Sequence record: DRR378314_2033
Strand: one strand, 5' to 3'
Length of the DNA: 45,733 nt
Positions 21,941-32,803 of this stretch are shown one piece after another. The notes beneath the pieces were generated by a model. The model saw only the letters and a list, made by a program, of their open reading frames with translations, did no database searches and was not told the DNA's origin. The position numbers and the translations under genes were made by a program. The first letter of the stretch is position 1. Each line of letters opens with the position of its first letter.

Positions 21941-22681
21941 TTATATCAACCCCCGCCAATAATAAGCCAAAAGCCCCGCATATTCTTTCAAGCCATGCTT
22001 CCAGTAAAAGAAGCCCTCAAAGCCAGGGACAAAATCAGACCATTTAAGCTCTGAATCTTTAATCCCAACAATGACAGCGTTCACACTGATCCCTTGTTTC
22101 TCCAACACGGAGCGAGTTCGATAAGCATGAATGCCGGACACAAACACGATGGCAGAGTTCAAATTATGGGATTGCATCAAGGTTGCGATATTCGCTGCAT
22201 GATCGGCTGTTCCCGCCGCACCAAATGTGAGCAGAACTTCATCAGACCCATCCAATTGCTCCATTAGGAAAGGCAACTCTCCCTGTCCTTGGGGGTCTGT
22301 TCCCGAGACTATCAGCGGGGCCTCGATTTGCTTGGCCAGTCGCTCCGCCCGTTTGACACGAGAGAAAGAACCCATGGTTGGCAAGGTCACTCCCGTCGCT
22401 TTATCACGCTGTAAGCCTGAGGCAAGAACAACAACACTATCACTGTCGCCAAATCGAAACTGTGCCATAGCATCCGGATAGGTCACGCCAACATCAATGG
22501 GTGCGATCAACAGCTTTCCTGTAACCGGAAAGCTTAAAAAAATGAGAGCGATGCAATTTGCCAGAAAATATCGCTTTCGTCGCGTGATCACTCCAATGAT
22601 CAATGTAATCGGCATCAGAATTAAAATGATGCCCGGCAGGGAAATCCCATCTATCAATTTTATCAGTGCGTAGTCCAGCAT
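21941..22681 (-). CDS. YdcF/ElyC-like (DUF218) membrane-anchored protein, divergent
   Basis: Two N-terminal TM segments, then VVVLASG, R...A..L, PLIVSG, H..R and C-terminal KEYAGLLAY, matching the ElyC/YdcF layout. Confidence 0.65.
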   Translation of the reverse strand: MLDYALIKLIDGISLPGIILILMPITLIIGVITRRKRYFLANCIALIFLSFPVTGKLLIAPIDVGVTYPDAMAQFRFGDSDSVVVLASGLQRDKATGVTLPTMGSFSRVKRAERLAKQIEAPLIVSGTDPQGQGELPFLMEQLDGSDEVLLTFGAAGTADHAANIATLMQSHNLNSAIVFVSGIHAYRTRSVLEKQGISVNAVIVGIKDSELKWSDFVPGFEGFFYWKHGLKEYAGLLAYYWRGLI

Positions 22682-22743
22682 TTGCCTCTTATCACTCCCA
22701 TATTCCCGAGCAAGATCCTAATTCGAAGGGGATAATTTCAAAG

Positions 22744-22771
22744 AAAAAAGGCTGCCAAATGGCAGCCTTTT
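22744..22771 (-). terminator. Intrinsic terminator after sdhB (possibly bidirectional)
   Basis: AAAAGGCTGCCA/TGGCAGCCTTTT inverted repeat with A/T tracts on both sides. Confidence 0.85.
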
Positions 22772-22795
22772 GATTTTTTTAATTTTGAACGTCTC

Positions 22796-23575
22796 TTAGC
22801 GGCGCTCAACCATCATTTTCTTGATCTCCGCAATTGCCTTCGCCGGATTCAATCCTTTTGGACACGTATTTGCGCAGTTCATAATTGTGTGACAGCGATA
22901 GAGACGGAAAGGATCTTCCAGATCATCAAGACGCTCGCCTGTAAATTCATCCCGACTATCAGCAAGCCAGCGATAAGCTTGAAGCAAAATAGCTGGGCCC
23001 AGGAACCGATCTGAATTCCACCAATAACTAGGGCAGGATGTTGAACAACATGCACAGAGAATACACTCATACAAACCGTCCAGCTTCTCACGATCTTCCT
23101 TGGACTGAAGCCGCTCCCGATCCGGCGGGGGAGGCGTCTGTGTCTGCATCCATGGCTTGATCGAAGCATATTGCGCATAGAAGTTGGTCAGATCAGGAAC
23201 CAGATCTTTCACAACCGGCTGATGGGGAAGCGGATAAATATTGATATCACCGCCCACTTCATCCATGCCTTTTGTACAAGCCAACGTGTTGGTACCGTTG
23301 ATATTCATGGCGCAAGAGCCACAAATGCCTTCCCGGCAGGAGCGCCGGAAAGTGAGGGTTGGATCAATTTCATTTTTGATCTTGATCAGACCATCCAAAA
23401 TCATCGGACCACAGCTATCCAGATCCACGTAATAAGTATCAATGCGTGGATTTTCTGAATCGTCGGGAGACCAACGATAGATGTTGAAGGTCTTGACGTT
23501 CTCTGTCCCATCAGGCTTCGGGTGGGTTCTCCCGGTACCTACCTTTGAGTTTTTAGGCAATGCCAGTTCTACCAT
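22796..23575 (-). CDS. sdhB: Succinate dehydrogenase iron-sulfur subunit
   Basis: [24 protein letters not shown] and [12 protein letters not shown] cluster motifs. Confidence 0.98.
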   Translation of the reverse strand: MVELALPKNSKVGTGRTHPKPDGTENVKTFNIYRWSPDDSENPRIDTYYVDLDSCGPMILDGLIKIKNEIDPTLTFRRSCREGICGSCAMNINGTNTLACTKGMDEVGGDINIYPLPHQPVVKDLVPDLTNFYAQYASIKPWMQTQTPPPPDRERLQSKEDREKLDGLYECILCACCSTSCPSYWWNSDRFLGPAILLQAYRWLADSRDEFTGERLDDLEDPFRLYRCHTIMNCANTCPKGLNPAKAIAEIKKMMVERR

Positions 23576-23593
23576 GTCTTACTTCCCTAGCTC

Positions 23594-25387
23594 TTAGTAA
23601 ACCCGGGCCTTGGGTTTGATATAATCAATCTCATCGGTCAATGTATATGTGTGAACCGGACGATACTCAATCCGAACACCTTCTCCATCACTGTGATAAG
23701 TCAGCGTATGCTTCATCCAGTTTTCATCATCCCGATCCGGGAAATCCTCACGCGCATGTGCGCCGCGGCTTTCTTTACGGTTCTCAGCAGCTGTCATAGA
23801 GACAACGGCCTGTCGGATTAGGTTATCCAGCTCCAGCGTTTCGACCAAATCAGAATTCCAAACCAGCGAACGGTCCGTCGTTTTGATATCGGCCATCTGC
23901 TGTTCAACTTCGCCGATTTTGGTAACCCCTTCTTTCAAAGTGTCACCGGTGCGGAACACGGCACAGTCATCCTGCATAACCCGCTGCATTTTATCACGGA
24001 TTTGAGCAGTGGATTGACCACCGCTTGCATTGCGGAAACCATCAAGACGAGACACGGCAGCATCACAAGCGTCATCCGCCAAAGGTGCGTGTTTAGTTCC
24101 AGACGCGACCACTTCTTTAGCCCGAAGTGCTGCAGCACGACCGAACACAACAAGGTCAATCAACGAGTTTGATCCAAGGCGGTTCGCCCCATGCACAGAC
24201 ACGCAAGCTGCTTCGCCAACGGCCATCAAACCCGGAACAATCGCATCCGGATTATCACCTTTCAGATCCACCACTTCACCATGATAGTTGGTTGGGATAC
24301 CGCCCATATTGTAATGAACGGTCGGGATCACCGGAATAGGCTCTTTCGTGACATCGACACCAGCAAAAATCCGGGCGCTTTCAGAAATACCTGGAAGGCG
24401 CTCATCGATCATTGCTGAATCCAGATGATCCAGATGCAGGAAGATATGATCCCCCCGGTCGCCAACACCCCGGCCATCACGGATTTCCATCGTCATGGAC
24501 CGGCTCACTACGTCCCGGCTGGCCAGGTCTTTGGCGCTTGGTGCATACCGCTCCATAAAGCGCTCACCCTCACCGTTGACAAGGTAACCACCTTCACCGC
24601 GAACACCTTCTGTAATCAGGCAACCTGCTCCGTAAATGCCGGTTGGATGGAATTGTGTGAATTCCATATCCTGAAGCGGCAACCCGGCCCGAAGAACCAT
24701 ACCGCCACCATCACCTGTGCAGGTATGTGCTGAAGTACAGGAGAAATAAGCCCGACCAAATCCGCCGGTTGCCAGAACCACCATGTGCGAGCGGAACAAG
24801 TGCAATGTTCCATCATCAAGGCACAGGCACAGAACACCCTTACAGGCGCCATCTTTATCCATGATCAGGTCAAGCGCGAAATATTCGATATAAAAGTCGG
24901 TGTCGTATTTCAAAGACTGACTATAGAGAGTGTGCAACATGGCATGCCCGGTTCGGTCAGCCGCGGCACATGTTCGCTGAGCCGCAGGCCCCTCACCAAA
25001 TTGAGTTGTCATACCACCGAAAGCGCGCTGATATATCTTGCCCTCTTCAGTTCGGGAAAACGGCATACCGAACTGTTCCAGTTCCAAAACCGCCTTTGGA
25101 GCTTCCCGGCACATATATTCAATGGCATCCTGATCACCAAGCCAGTCAGACCCCTTCACAGTGTCATACATATGCCACTGCCAGTTATCTTCACCCATGT
25201 TGCCAAGAGATGCGGAAATACCACCCTGAGCAGCAACTGTATGGGAGCGGGTTGGAAAAACTTTGGTGACGGCGGCGGTCTTCAGACCAGCCTGCGCCAT
25301 GCCCATGGTTGCACGAAGACCAGCGCCACCAGCGCCGACAACAACCACGTCATATTCATGTTCGATAATTGGATAAGCTTCAGACAT
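23594..25387 (-). CDS. sdhA: Succinate dehydrogenase flavoprotein subunit
   Basis: [16 protein letters not shown] (covalent FAD His), QFHPTG and [11 protein letters not shown]. Confidence 0.98.
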   Translation of the reverse strand: MSEAYPIIEHEYDVVVVGAGGAGLRATMGMAQAGLKTAAVTKVFPTRSHTVAAQGGISASLGNMGEDNWQWHMYDTVKGSDWLGDQDAIEYMCREAPKAVLELEQFGMPFSRTEEGKIYQRAFGGMTTQFGEGPAAQRTCAAADRTGHAMLHTLYSQSLKYDTDFYIEYFALDLIMDKDGACKGVLCLCLDDGTLHLFRSHMVVLATGGFGRAYFSCTSAHTCTGDGGGMVLRAGLPLQDMEFTQFHPTGIYGAGCLITEGVRGEGGYLVNGEGERFMERYAPSAKDLASRDVVSRSMTMEIRDGRGVGDRGDHIFLHLDHLDSAMIDERLPGISESARIFAGVDVTKEPIPVIPTVHYNMGGIPTNYHGEVVDLKGDNPDAIVPGLMAVGEAACVSVHGANRLGSNSLIDLVVFGRAAALRAKEVVASGTKHAPLADDACDAAVSRLDGFRNASGGQSTAQIRDKMQRVMQDDCAVFRTGDTLKEGVTKIGEVEQQMADIKTTDRSLVWNSDLVETLELDNLIRQAVVSMTAAENRKESRGAHAREDFPDRDDENWMKHTLTYHSDGEGVRIEYRPVHTYTLTDEIDYIKPKARVY

Positions 25388-25774
25388 CTACATTATCCCC
25401 CCGAAGGCCAGCTTGAGAACGGCCAGCGCAGCGGTAAGACCCACTATTGAGCAAATAAAAGTATTCAGCAGCAAACAAACGATCTTTGTGCTTTCTGTAT
25501 GGATATAATCTTCAATCACAACCTGAAGACCCAGCTTCAGATGATAGAAGGTTGCACCGATCAACAGTAACAGCACAATCGTCGCAAACGGCGAGCTGAG
25601 AGTTGTACGAACCTGCAGGTAATCTGCATCGGTCAGGCAAATCGCATAGGCAAGTGCGATTACAAAAAGTGGGATCAAAGCAAGAGCCGTAACTTTCTGG
25701 TGCCACCAGTGACTAGTGCCCTCTTTGGCTGAGCCCAGCCCGCGAACATTTTTAAGAGGTGTTTTCATACTCAT
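25388..25774 (-). CDS. sdhD: Succinate dehydrogenase hydrophobic membrane anchor
   Basis: GLGSAKEGTSHWWHQ and H..LGLQVVIEDY. Confidence 0.95.
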   Translation of the reverse strand: MSMKTPLKNVRGLGSAKEGTSHWWHQKVTALALIPLFVIALAYAICLTDADYLQVRTTLSSPFATIVLLLLIGATFYHLKLGLQVVIEDYIHTESTKIVCLLLNTFICSIVGLTAALAVLKLAFGGIM

Positions 25775-25776
25775 GA

Positions 25777-26166
25777 TCAGCCACCCATTCCGTAAGCAAG
25801 TGCCCAGGTCAGCAATGTCAGGACCACAGAGGCAATGATCGCAGCGATACCCGTTTTGCGCATGGTTGGCAGCTCGAAGCCTTTACCTGCATCCCAGAAC
25901 AAATGCCGGATACCATTGCAAAGGTGATAAAACAACGCCCAGGTAAACCCAAACATCACTAATCGCCCAAACCACGAGGAGATAAATGAGCTAACGGTTT
26001 CAAAGGCTTCAGGGCCTGTGGCGGCAGCAATCAACCACCAGGCTAACAGCAGGGTTCCAACACCAAGCGCAACTCCGGTAATGCGGTGGGTAATGGAGGT
26101 TACCATCGTGATCTGCGGCTTATAAATCTGCAGATGCGGCGATAGGGGTCTTTCTATATTCGCCAT
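25777..26166 (-). CDS. sdhC: Succinate dehydrogenase cytochrome b556 subunit
   Basis: RPLSPHLQIY, SITHRITG and HLCNGIRHLFWD. Confidence 0.96.
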   Translation of the reverse strand: MANIERPLSPHLQIYKPQITMVTSITHRITGVALGVGTLLLAWWLIAAATGPEAFETVSSFISSWFGRLVMFGFTWALFYHLCNGIRHLFWDAGKGFELPTMRKTGIAAIIASVVLTLLTWALAYGMGG

Positions 26167-26221
26167 GGATATCTCTCTAGCTAAGCTATCTATGAGTTAC
26201 TCGTTCTTCTTATTTGCATGA

Positions 26222-26249
26222 ATTGTAGGATCAGAAAAGGGTTAGTCAA
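26222..26249 (-). promoter_or_regulatory. Putative sigma70 promoter of sdhCDAB
   Basis: Minus strand TTGACT-16 nt-TACAAT, close to consensus, 55 nt upstream of sdhC. Confidence 0.6.
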
Positions 26250-26275
26250 CAAAACCTGCACTAATGAATGCCTTT

Positions 26276-27346
26276 TTATACCTCAATTGTGGCTTTTGGC
26301 AATATCACCCAGTAATCCAAATCCAAAACAACTGATGGATCCCGACTACCGTCCTCAGCTTTATCCGGAAAATCCGCACAAATTTGATTTTTGATACCCA
26401 GACTACGAATCCGCAGGGCACCCAGATCACTCCGCCCTGGCAGTTCGGCTTTATCCAGAACTTCACTCCAGGCATAAATGGTATCGCCAGCAAAAGTCGG
26501 TGCAGTATGGGAGCCTCCGTTAATAGCGGCAATAAACACTGCATTGCCAAGTCCATTGAACGACAGACTTCTGACCATACTGATGATATGTCCACCATAG
26601 ATCAGCCGGCGGCCCATACGGTCGTCTTTCATCATGTGCTGATTAAAATGCACTTTCGCCGTATTTTGGTAAAGCCGCGTCGCGATCATATGCTCCGCTT
26701 CTTCAATGGTCATGCCATCCACGTGATCAATTTTTTCGCCGACCTCATAATCCTCAAACAAGTGCGCAGAGCCGGCAAGCGCCGTGTCATATCGGGAAAC
26801 ATCAAATTCTACGGGCACGAAAAAGGCTGATGGATCCACTTTATCTGAAAGTTCAGGCAGGACGGTTTGCGGGGCCGCAGCCGATGGATCTTTCTTTCGA
26901 ACCATAACCCAACGGACGTAATCAAGAACCACTTCACCCATCTGGTTAACACCAGTGGATCGCACATAAACCACGCCTGTTTTACCATTGGAATTTTCTT
27001 TAAGGCCAATAACCTCCGATGTTGTTTGAACGCTGTCCCCTGGATAAACCGGTGCGACAAACTTCATATCTGCATAGCCCAGGTTGGCAACCGCATTCAG
27101 CGATACATCGGGAACCGTTTTGCCAAAAACAATATGAAACACCAGCAGATCATCTACCGGTGCTCCCTGCAATCCACAGTCCAGCGCAAAACTATCTGCT
27201 GATTGAAGCGCAAACCGGCTTCCGTAAAGGGCCGTGTAGAGAGAAACATCCCCTTCGGTTATTGTCCGTGGGGTTGCATGAACCAGGACCTGGCCCAGTT
27301 CAAAATCTTCAAAGTAATTTCCGGGATTTGTCTTGTTTGAACCCAT
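26276..27346 (-). CDS. mch: Mesaconyl-CoA hydratase (tandem MaoC/hot-dog domains)
   Basis: KTNPGNYFEDF, VFGKTVPDVSLNAVANLGY, IGLKENSNG, YVRWVMVRK and ATRLYQNTAKVHF, as in Rhodobacter/Chloroflexus Mch. Confidence 0.85.
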   Translation of the reverse strand: MGSNKTNPGNYFEDFELGQVLVHATPRTITEGDVSLYTALYGSRFALQSADSFALDCGLQGAPVDDLLVFHIVFGKTVPDVSLNAVANLGYADMKFVAPVYPGDSVQTTSEVIGLKENSNGKTGVVYVRSTGVNQMGEVVLDYVRWVMVRKKDPSAAAPQTVLPELSDKVDPSAFFVPVEFDVSRYDTALAGSAHLFEDYEVGEKIDHVDGMTIEEAEHMIATRLYQNTAKVHFNQHMMKDDRMGRRLIYGGHIISMVRSLSFNGLGNAVFIAAINGGSHTAPTFAGDTIYAWSEVLDKAELPGRSDLGALRIRSLGIKNQICADFPDKAEDGSRDPSVVLDLDYWVILPKATIEV

Positions 27347-27358
27347 CTGCTCTCTCCC

Positions 27359-28234
27359 TTAAGAAGCCATTTCTTCAATTGCATCCGCAAGAGCAACCTT
27401 GGCCTTTGCAATCTCCACATGAAGATTTTCAACAAGTTTGCCGTCGACGAGAACAACGCCCTTGCCCTCTTTCTCTGCCTGCTCGAACGCTTCAATTACG
27501 CGGCGGGAATAATCCACTTCATCGGCAGATGGTGCAAAAACCTCATTGGCTGCATCCAGTTGCTTGGGATGGATCAAGGTTTTGCCATCAAAGCCGAGCT
27601 CCAGTCCCTGAACACAGGATCCTCGGTAACCCTCTTCATCTGCCAAGTCCAGATAAACGCCATCCAGAACAGTGAGCCCGTAGGCCCGCCCTGCCAACAA
27701 ACAAAGTCCCAAAGAGGTGATAACAGGCAGTCGCATGGCTGTATGCTGGGCCTGTAGTTCCTTTACAAGGTCAGAGGTTCCCATGACAAAGCAGTCGATC
27801 CGCTTGGACGCTGCGGCAATTTCCTCAGCTTTGAGAATCCCCAGTGGAGTTTCCATCATGCACCAAATGGATGTTGTCTCCGGCGCGCCATTTTCGATCA
27901 TCAGTTTTTCCAGTTCCTGGATTTGATCTGCGCTTTCGACTTTGGGCAACAAAATAGCATCTGGCGCCGCCTTGGCTGCAGCGATGATATCTTCACGGCC
28001 CCAAGGCGTATCAAGCCCGTTCACCCGAATAATAATCTCCCGCTTGCCGTAATCGCCACTCGCTGCATTGGCACAAACGATCTCCCGCGCTTCTGCCTTG
28101 GCACCGGGGGCAACCGCATCCTCCAGATCCAGAATCAAGCCATCAGCGCTAAGGCCTTTCGCTTTTTCCTGAGCCCGGGCATTGGAGCCTGGCATATATA
28201 GAACGGAACGGCGGGGTCTGAGGGATTTAGGCAT
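27359..28234 (-). CDS. mcl2: CitE/HpcH-family CoA-ester enzyme, Mcl2-like ((3S)-malyl-CoA thioesterase)
   Basis: RSVLYMPGS, DLEDAV, GFDGKTLIHP and VDGKLVENLH. Recalled resemblance is to Rhodobacter Mcl2 rather than Mcl1. Adjacent to mch; ATG at 28234 after a GGAG RBS. Confidence 0.7.
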   Translation of the reverse strand: MPKSLRPRRSVLYMPGSNARAQEKAKGLSADGLILDLEDAVAPGAKAEAREIVCANAASGDYGKREIIIRVNGLDTPWGREDIIAAAKAAPDAILLPKVESADQIQELEKLMIENGAPETTSIWCMMETPLGILKAEEIAAASKRIDCFVMGTSDLVKELQAQHTAMRLPVITSLGLCLLAGRAYGLTVLDGVYLDLADEEGYRGSCVQGLELGFDGKTLIHPKQLDAANEVFAPSADEVDYSRRVIEAFEQAEKEGKGVVLVDGKLVENLHVEIAKAKVALADAIEEMAS

Positions 28235-28277
28235 TTTTTTCTCCGCTATACTGACTGTTGTCTTTATTTTTGGCTGC

Positions 28278-28309
28278 ATCATAATGATTTTTTGCTGCGA
28301 CGCAACAAA
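28278..28309 (-). promoter_or_regulatory. Putative mcl2-mch promoter with an overlapping PhaR-type palindrome
   Basis: Minus strand TTGCGT-16 nt-TATGAT. The palindrome TTTGCTGCG-A-CGCAACAAA (28291-28309) covers the -35. Confidence 0.55.
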
Positions 28310-28358
28310 GTTGCGCCGGTCTAACCACTAAAGTAATTATCGCTCTGACCATAAACAT

Positions 28359-28386
28359 AAAAAAACCGCCCGGAAAAACCGGGCGG
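28359..28386 (-). terminator. Intrinsic terminator after asd
   Basis: CCGCCCGG/CCGGGCGG 8-bp GC stem, then a U7 tract on the minus strand. Confidence 0.85.
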
Positions 28387-28415
28387 CTTTAAATTCATTT
28401 CAGCTAAACGCTTAT

Positions 28416-29438
28416 TCAGGCAGCTTTTTTCAAATACTCGCGGCCAACAAGTTCGGCAATTTGAACCGTGTTCAGCGCAGCCCCTTTTCTGAGATTATCG
28501 GACACACACCACAGGTTAATTGCATTTTCAACTGTGGAATCGTCGCGGATCCGTGAGATGAAAGTCGCATAGTCACCAACACATTCGACTGGCGTGATGT
28601 AGCCGTTTTCTTCCGGATTATCAATAACCATGATGCCCGGTGATTCTCGAAGCAGATCTCTGGCTTGATCGGCAGTGAACTTGTTTTCAAATTCAACGTT
28701 CACGCTTTCAGCATGACCAACGAAGGTTGGTACGCGGACACAGGTAGCGTTTAGTTTGATTGAAGCATCCACAATCTTCTGCGTTTCAACAGTCATCTTC
28801 CACTCTTCTTTAGTGGAACCATCATCCAAAAACACATCGATATGCGGGATCACGTTAAACGCGATCTGCTTTGTGAAATTAGACGGGGTTGGCTCATCAT
28901 GGACGAACATACCCTTTGTCTGATTGAACAGCTCTTCCATGGCTTCATTACCGGCACCGGAAACGGACTGGTAAGTTGAAACCACAACGCGTTTGATCTT
29001 GGCTGCGTCGTGTAACGGCTTCAAAGCCACAACCAACTGGGCAGTCGAACAGTTCGGATTAGCGATGATGTTCTTCTTGGTGTAACCCGCGGCAGCTTCC
29101 GGATTAACCTCAGGTACGATCAGTGGCACATCTGGGTCCATCCGGTAATGGCTGGAATTATCAATAACAATACAGCCTTGCGAAGCGGCGATCGGTGCAT
29201 ATTTAGCAGCGACAGTTCCACCAGCAGAGAACAATGCGAAATCAGTTCCCGTGAAATCAAAACCATCCAGATTTTCGACCGTCAACGTCTTGTCGCCGAA
29301 AGAAACCTGTCTACCTACGGAACGTTTGGAGGCCAGTGCCGTAACCTTGGCAACTGGAAACTGACGTTCTTCCAGAATATTCAGCATTTCGCGGCCGACA
29401 TTACCTGTCGCGCCGACAACAGCAACATTGTATCCCAT
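28416..29438 (-). CDS. asd: Aspartate-semialdehyde dehydrogenase
   Basis: VAVVGATGNVG, IANPNCST, STYQSVSGAG and DNLRKGAALN. Start placed at ATG 29438; the ORF track extends to 29507. Confidence 0.96.
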   Translation of the reverse strand: MGYNVAVVGATGNVGREMLNILEERQFPVAKVTALASKRSVGRQVSFGDKTLTVENLDGFDFTGTDFALFSAGGTVAAKYAPIAASQGCIVIDNSSHYRMDPDVPLIVPEVNPEAAAGYTKKNIIANPNCSTAQLVVALKPLHDAAKIKRVVVSTYQSVSGAGNEAMEELFNQTKGMFVHDEPTPSNFTKQIAFNVIPHIDVFLDDGSTKEEWKMTVETQKIVDASIKLNATCVRVPTFVGHAESVNVEFENKFTADQARDLLRESPGIMVIDNPEENGYITPVECVGDYATFISRIRDDSTVENAINLWCVSDNLRKGAALNTVQIAELVGREYLKKAA

Positions 29439-29521
29439 GATTTTGATCTCTCGTTCACTTTCTCCATGGCGATCAAAACGATCCCATGGTCTTTGGTTAA
29501 AATGCAAACTTGTAGATAGGG

Positions 29522-30634
29522 TTAGTTACTCAAACTATCAAGTTCGCTGATGATGGCGTCACCCATTTCAGTGGTAGACACCATATTCTTTCCTTCCGAC
29601 ATGATATCGGCAGTGCGGATGCCTTTTGCAAGAACGTTCTGGACCGCTTTTTCCACCAGATCAGCCTCGTCCGCCATATCAAAGCTATAGCGCAGCGCCA
29701 TGCCATAGGACAGAATAGTTGCAATCGGATTAGCTTTGCCCTGTCCCGCAATATCAGGTGCGGAGCCATGTACGGGTTCATACAGGGCTTTGCGACGTCC
29801 CAATTCATCAACGTCGCCAAGGGACGCGGAGGGTAACATACCAAGAGAGCCTGTCAACATGGCGGCACAATCGGACAAAATATCACCGAAAAGGTTATCC
29901 GTGACGATCACATCAAACTGCTTGGGCGCCCGCACCAACTGCATCGCGGCATTGTCCGCATACATATGGCTCAGCTCCACATCCGGGAATTCCTCATCGT
30001 GAATTTTGGTGACTTCTTCACGCCACAAAACACCACTTTCCATGACGTTTGCTTTTTCGCTGGAAACCACACGGCCATCCCGTTTTTGCGCCAGTTCAAA
30101 TGCAACGCGCGCAACTCGGTGAATTTCTGGCGTCGTATAAACCTGAGTATTCACACCTTTGCGGATCCCGTTACCAAGATCCTCGATACCCCGTGGCTCT
30201 CCAAAATAGACGCCGCCGGTTAATTCCCGGACGATCATGATATCAAGACCGCTCACCAGTTCTGGTTTCAGGCTAGAGGCATCGACCAACGCATCAAAAC
30301 AAATCGCAGGGCGCAGGTTCGCATAAAGTTCCAGATCTTTACGCAGGCGCAACAGTCCCCGTTCCGGTTTGATGGAGAAATCCAAATCGTCCCATTTCGG
30401 GCCACCAACAGCTCCCAAAAGAACAGCGTCCACATTCTGGGCTTTGTCCACCACTTCGTCGGTGATGGGAATCCCGTGCTTGTCGATGGAAGAGCCGCCG
30501 ACCAGATCCTCATCGACATCGAATTTCACCGCACGTTTATCTTCCATCCAGTCCACAATTCGACGGACTTCCGTCATTGCTTCCGGACCAATACCATCAC
30601 CAGGCAGGATCAGAAGTGACTTGTTAGACGCCAT
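29522..30634 (-). CDS. leuB: 3-isopropylmalate dehydrogenase
   Basis: [29 protein letters not shown] and [12 protein letters not shown]. Confidence 0.97.
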   Translation of the reverse strand: MASNKSLLILPGDGIGPEAMTEVRRIVDWMEDKRAVKFDVDEDLVGGSSIDKHGIPITDEVVDKAQNVDAVLLGAVGGPKWDDLDFSIKPERGLLRLRKDLELYANLRPAICFDALVDASSLKPELVSGLDIMIVRELTGGVYFGEPRGIEDLGNGIRKGVNTQVYTTPEIHRVARVAFELAQKRDGRVVSSEKANVMESGVLWREEVTKIHDEEFPDVELSHMYADNAAMQLVRAPKQFDVIVTDNLFGDILSDCAAMLTGSLGMLPSASLGDVDELGRRKALYEPVHGSAPDIAGQGKANPIATILSYGMALRYSFDMADEADLVEKAVQNVLAKGIRTADIMSEGKNMVSTTEMGDAIISELDSLSN

Positions 30635-30666
30635 TTTTTCTTCCTATTCTTTCAGTGCAAAGGTCA

Positions 30667-30687
30667 CCGGGCTTTCGGTCAGCCCGG
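30667..30687 (-). other. Intergenic stem-loop between leuD and leuB
   Basis: CCGGGCT-7 nt-AGCCCGG perfect 7-bp stem with no adjacent U tract; possibly an mRNA stability element. Confidence 0.45.
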
Positions 30688-30696
30688 CTGTATAGT

Positions 30697-31311
30697 TTAT
30701 TTAGCCTGTAGCCAAGGCTGGCTCAGCTTCTGTTGCTCTTCAAAGCTGTCAACTTTTTCAGCTTTTTGAAGGGTCAGACCGACTTCATCCAAACCGTTCA
30801 AAAGACAATGCTTGCGGAAAGGGTCGATTTCAAAAGAAATGGTTCCGCCGTCTGGTCCTTTGATCTCCTGACTGGGAAGATCCACAGTCAAGGTTGCATT
30901 GGCACCGCGATCGGCATCATCCATCAGCTTATCCAGCTCTTCCTGAGACACTTGGACAGGCAGAATTCCGTTCTTAAAGCAGTTATTATAAAAAATATCA
31001 GCAAAAGAAGTGGAGATCACACAGCGAATACCGAAATCCGCCAGCGCCCAAGGCGCATGCTCGCGGCTGGATCCACAGCCGAAATTATCTCCGGCCACCA
31101 AAATCTGGGACTGCCGGTATGCTGGCTGGTTCAGGACAAAATCCTCAACCTCGGTACCATCATTGTTATACCGCATTTCAGCAAACAGGTTTTTACCAAG
31201 GCCCGCCCGCTGAATGGTTTTCAGAAATTGTTTCGGGATGATCATATCGGTGTCGATATTGACCAACGGCATTGGCGCAGCCACACCGGAAAGAGTTGTA
31301 AATTTATCCAT
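30697..31311 (-). CDS. leuD: 3-isopropylmalate dehydratase small subunit
   Basis: [28 protein letters not shown] and SFADIFYNN. Confidence 0.97.
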   Translation of the reverse strand: MDKFTTLSGVAAPMPLVNIDTDMIIPKQFLKTIQRAGLGKNLFAEMRYNNDGTEVEDFVLNQPAYRQSQILVAGDNFGCGSSREHAPWALADFGIRCVISTSFADIFYNNCFKNGILPVQVSQEELDKLMDDADRGANATLTVDLPSQEIKGPDGGTISFEIDPFRKHCLLNGLDEVGLTLQKAEKVDSFEEQQKLSQPWLQAK

Positions 31312-31322
31312 TGTTATCCCCC

Positions 31323-32729
31323 TTAACCCAATTCACGAACGTCAGTCAGATGACCGGTCAGTGCCGCAGCCGCAGCCATAGCAGGGCTCACCAGATGGGT
31401 TCGTCCGCCGCGGCCTTGCCGGCCTTCGAAGTTCCGATTGGAGGTTGAGGCACACCGATCCCCTTCATCCAGCCGATCCGCGTTCATGGCAAGGCACATA
31501 GAACAACCGGGTTCACGCCATTCAAAGCCGGCCTCCATAAAGATCTTGTCCAAACCTTCTGCTTCAGCCTGAATTTTCACCAAACCGGAGCCGGGCACAA
31601 TAATCGCATTGACGCTGTCTTTGACTTTCTTGCCCTTTACGACTTCTGCAACCGCGCGTAAATCTTCGATCCGGCCGTTGGTGCACGAACCGACAAAAAC
31701 ATGATCCACCACAATGTCTGTCAGCTTCATGCCGCCTTCCAGACCCATATATTTCAGCGCCCGCTCTGCTGCACCCTGTTTTCCGCTATCCGCAAAATCT
31801 TTGGGAAAAGGAACAGTTGCCGTAATCGGAAGCGCATCCTCAGGACTGGTGCCCCAGGTCACATAAGGAACAATTTCTGAAGCTTCCAGAACGACTTCCT
31901 TGTCAAACACAGCCCCTTCATCGGTTGTCAGTGTTTTCCAGTAGGAAACGGCCTGTTCATACGCACCGGCTTTTGGCGCATAAGGACGACCTTTGATATA
32001 TTCAAAAGTTGTTTCATCAGGGGCAACAAGACCAGCGCGTGCGCCAGCCTCAATTGTCAGGTTGCAAAGGGTCATGCGCCCTTCCATGGAAAGCGACCGA
32101 ACAGCTTCACCGGCATATTCGATAACACAACCAGTACCACCTGCAGTTCCAATTTTACCAATGATCGCCAGTGCCAAGTCTTTTGCGGTCACCCCGACCG
32201 GCAACTCACCATTGACCAGCACCCGCATATTCATGGCTTTTTTCTGGATCAGGGTCTGGGTTGCCAGAACATGCTCCACCTCGGACGTGCCGATGCCATG
32301 CGCCAAGGCTCCAAAAGCCCCATGGGTAGAGGTATGACTGTCACCACAAACAATCGTTGTTCCGGGAAGGGTTAGACCCTGTTCCGGCCCAATGATATGG
32401 ACAATCCCGCGCCGTTCATCTGTCATAGAGAAATAATTGACGTCAAATTCCTTGACGTTTGCTTCCAGCGTTTCAACCTGAAGCTTACTTTCCGGATCAA
32501 CAATACCAAGGTGAAGATCCTTGGTCGGAACATTATGATCTGCAACAGCAAAAGTCGCATCTGGTCGACGGACTTTTCGCCCCGATACCCGCAAACCTTC
32601 AAAAGCCTGTGGACTGGTGACTTCATGGACAAGATGGCGATCAATGTAAAGCAGGCTTGCACCATCCTCCTGAACATCAACCAAATGGCTGTCCCAAATT
32701 TTGTCATACAGGGTTTTCGCTGCACCCAT
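31323..32729 (-). CDS. leuC: 3-isopropylmalate dehydratase large subunit
   Basis: [36 protein letters not shown] and [11 protein letters not shown]. Confidence 0.98.
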   Translation of the reverse strand: MGAAKTLYDKIWDSHLVDVQEDGASLLYIDRHLVHEVTSPQAFEGLRVSGRKVRRPDATFAVADHNVPTKDLHLGIVDPESKLQVETLEANVKEFDVNYFSMTDERRGIVHIIGPEQGLTLPGTTIVCGDSHTSTHGAFGALAHGIGTSEVEHVLATQTLIQKKAMNMRVLVNGELPVGVTAKDLALAIIGKIGTAGGTGCVIEYAGEAVRSLSMEGRMTLCNLTIEAGARAGLVAPDETTFEYIKGRPYAPKAGAYEQAVSYWKTLTTDEGAVFDKEVVLEASEIVPYVTWGTSPEDALPITATVPFPKDFADSGKQGAAERALKYMGLEGGMKLTDIVVDHVFVGSCTNGRIEDLRAVAEVVKGKKVKDSVNAIIVPGSGLVKIQAEAEGLDKIFMEAGFEWREPGCSMCLAMNADRLDEGDRCASTSNRNFEGRQGRGGRTHLVSPAMAAAAALTGHLTDVRELG

Positions 32730-32776
32730 TGTTATGTTCCTCTCTAGACAGGATTTTATTTTATTTGAACAGGAAT

Positions 32777-32803
32777 ACCGGCATAGCTGAAGGCCATGCC
32801 GGT
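32777..32803 (-). terminator. Stem-loop after rplS (weak terminator or processing stem)
   Basis: Minus strand ACCGGCATGGC-CTTCA-GCTATGCCGGT, 11 bp with one G-U pair, followed by an imperfect U tract (ATTCCTGTT). Confidence 0.5.

Noticed and set aside
29464..29489. Imperfect hairpin upstream of asd as a riboswitch or attenuator
   Set aside because: The gap is only about 83 nt, with no lysine-riboswitch features, leader peptide or U tract.
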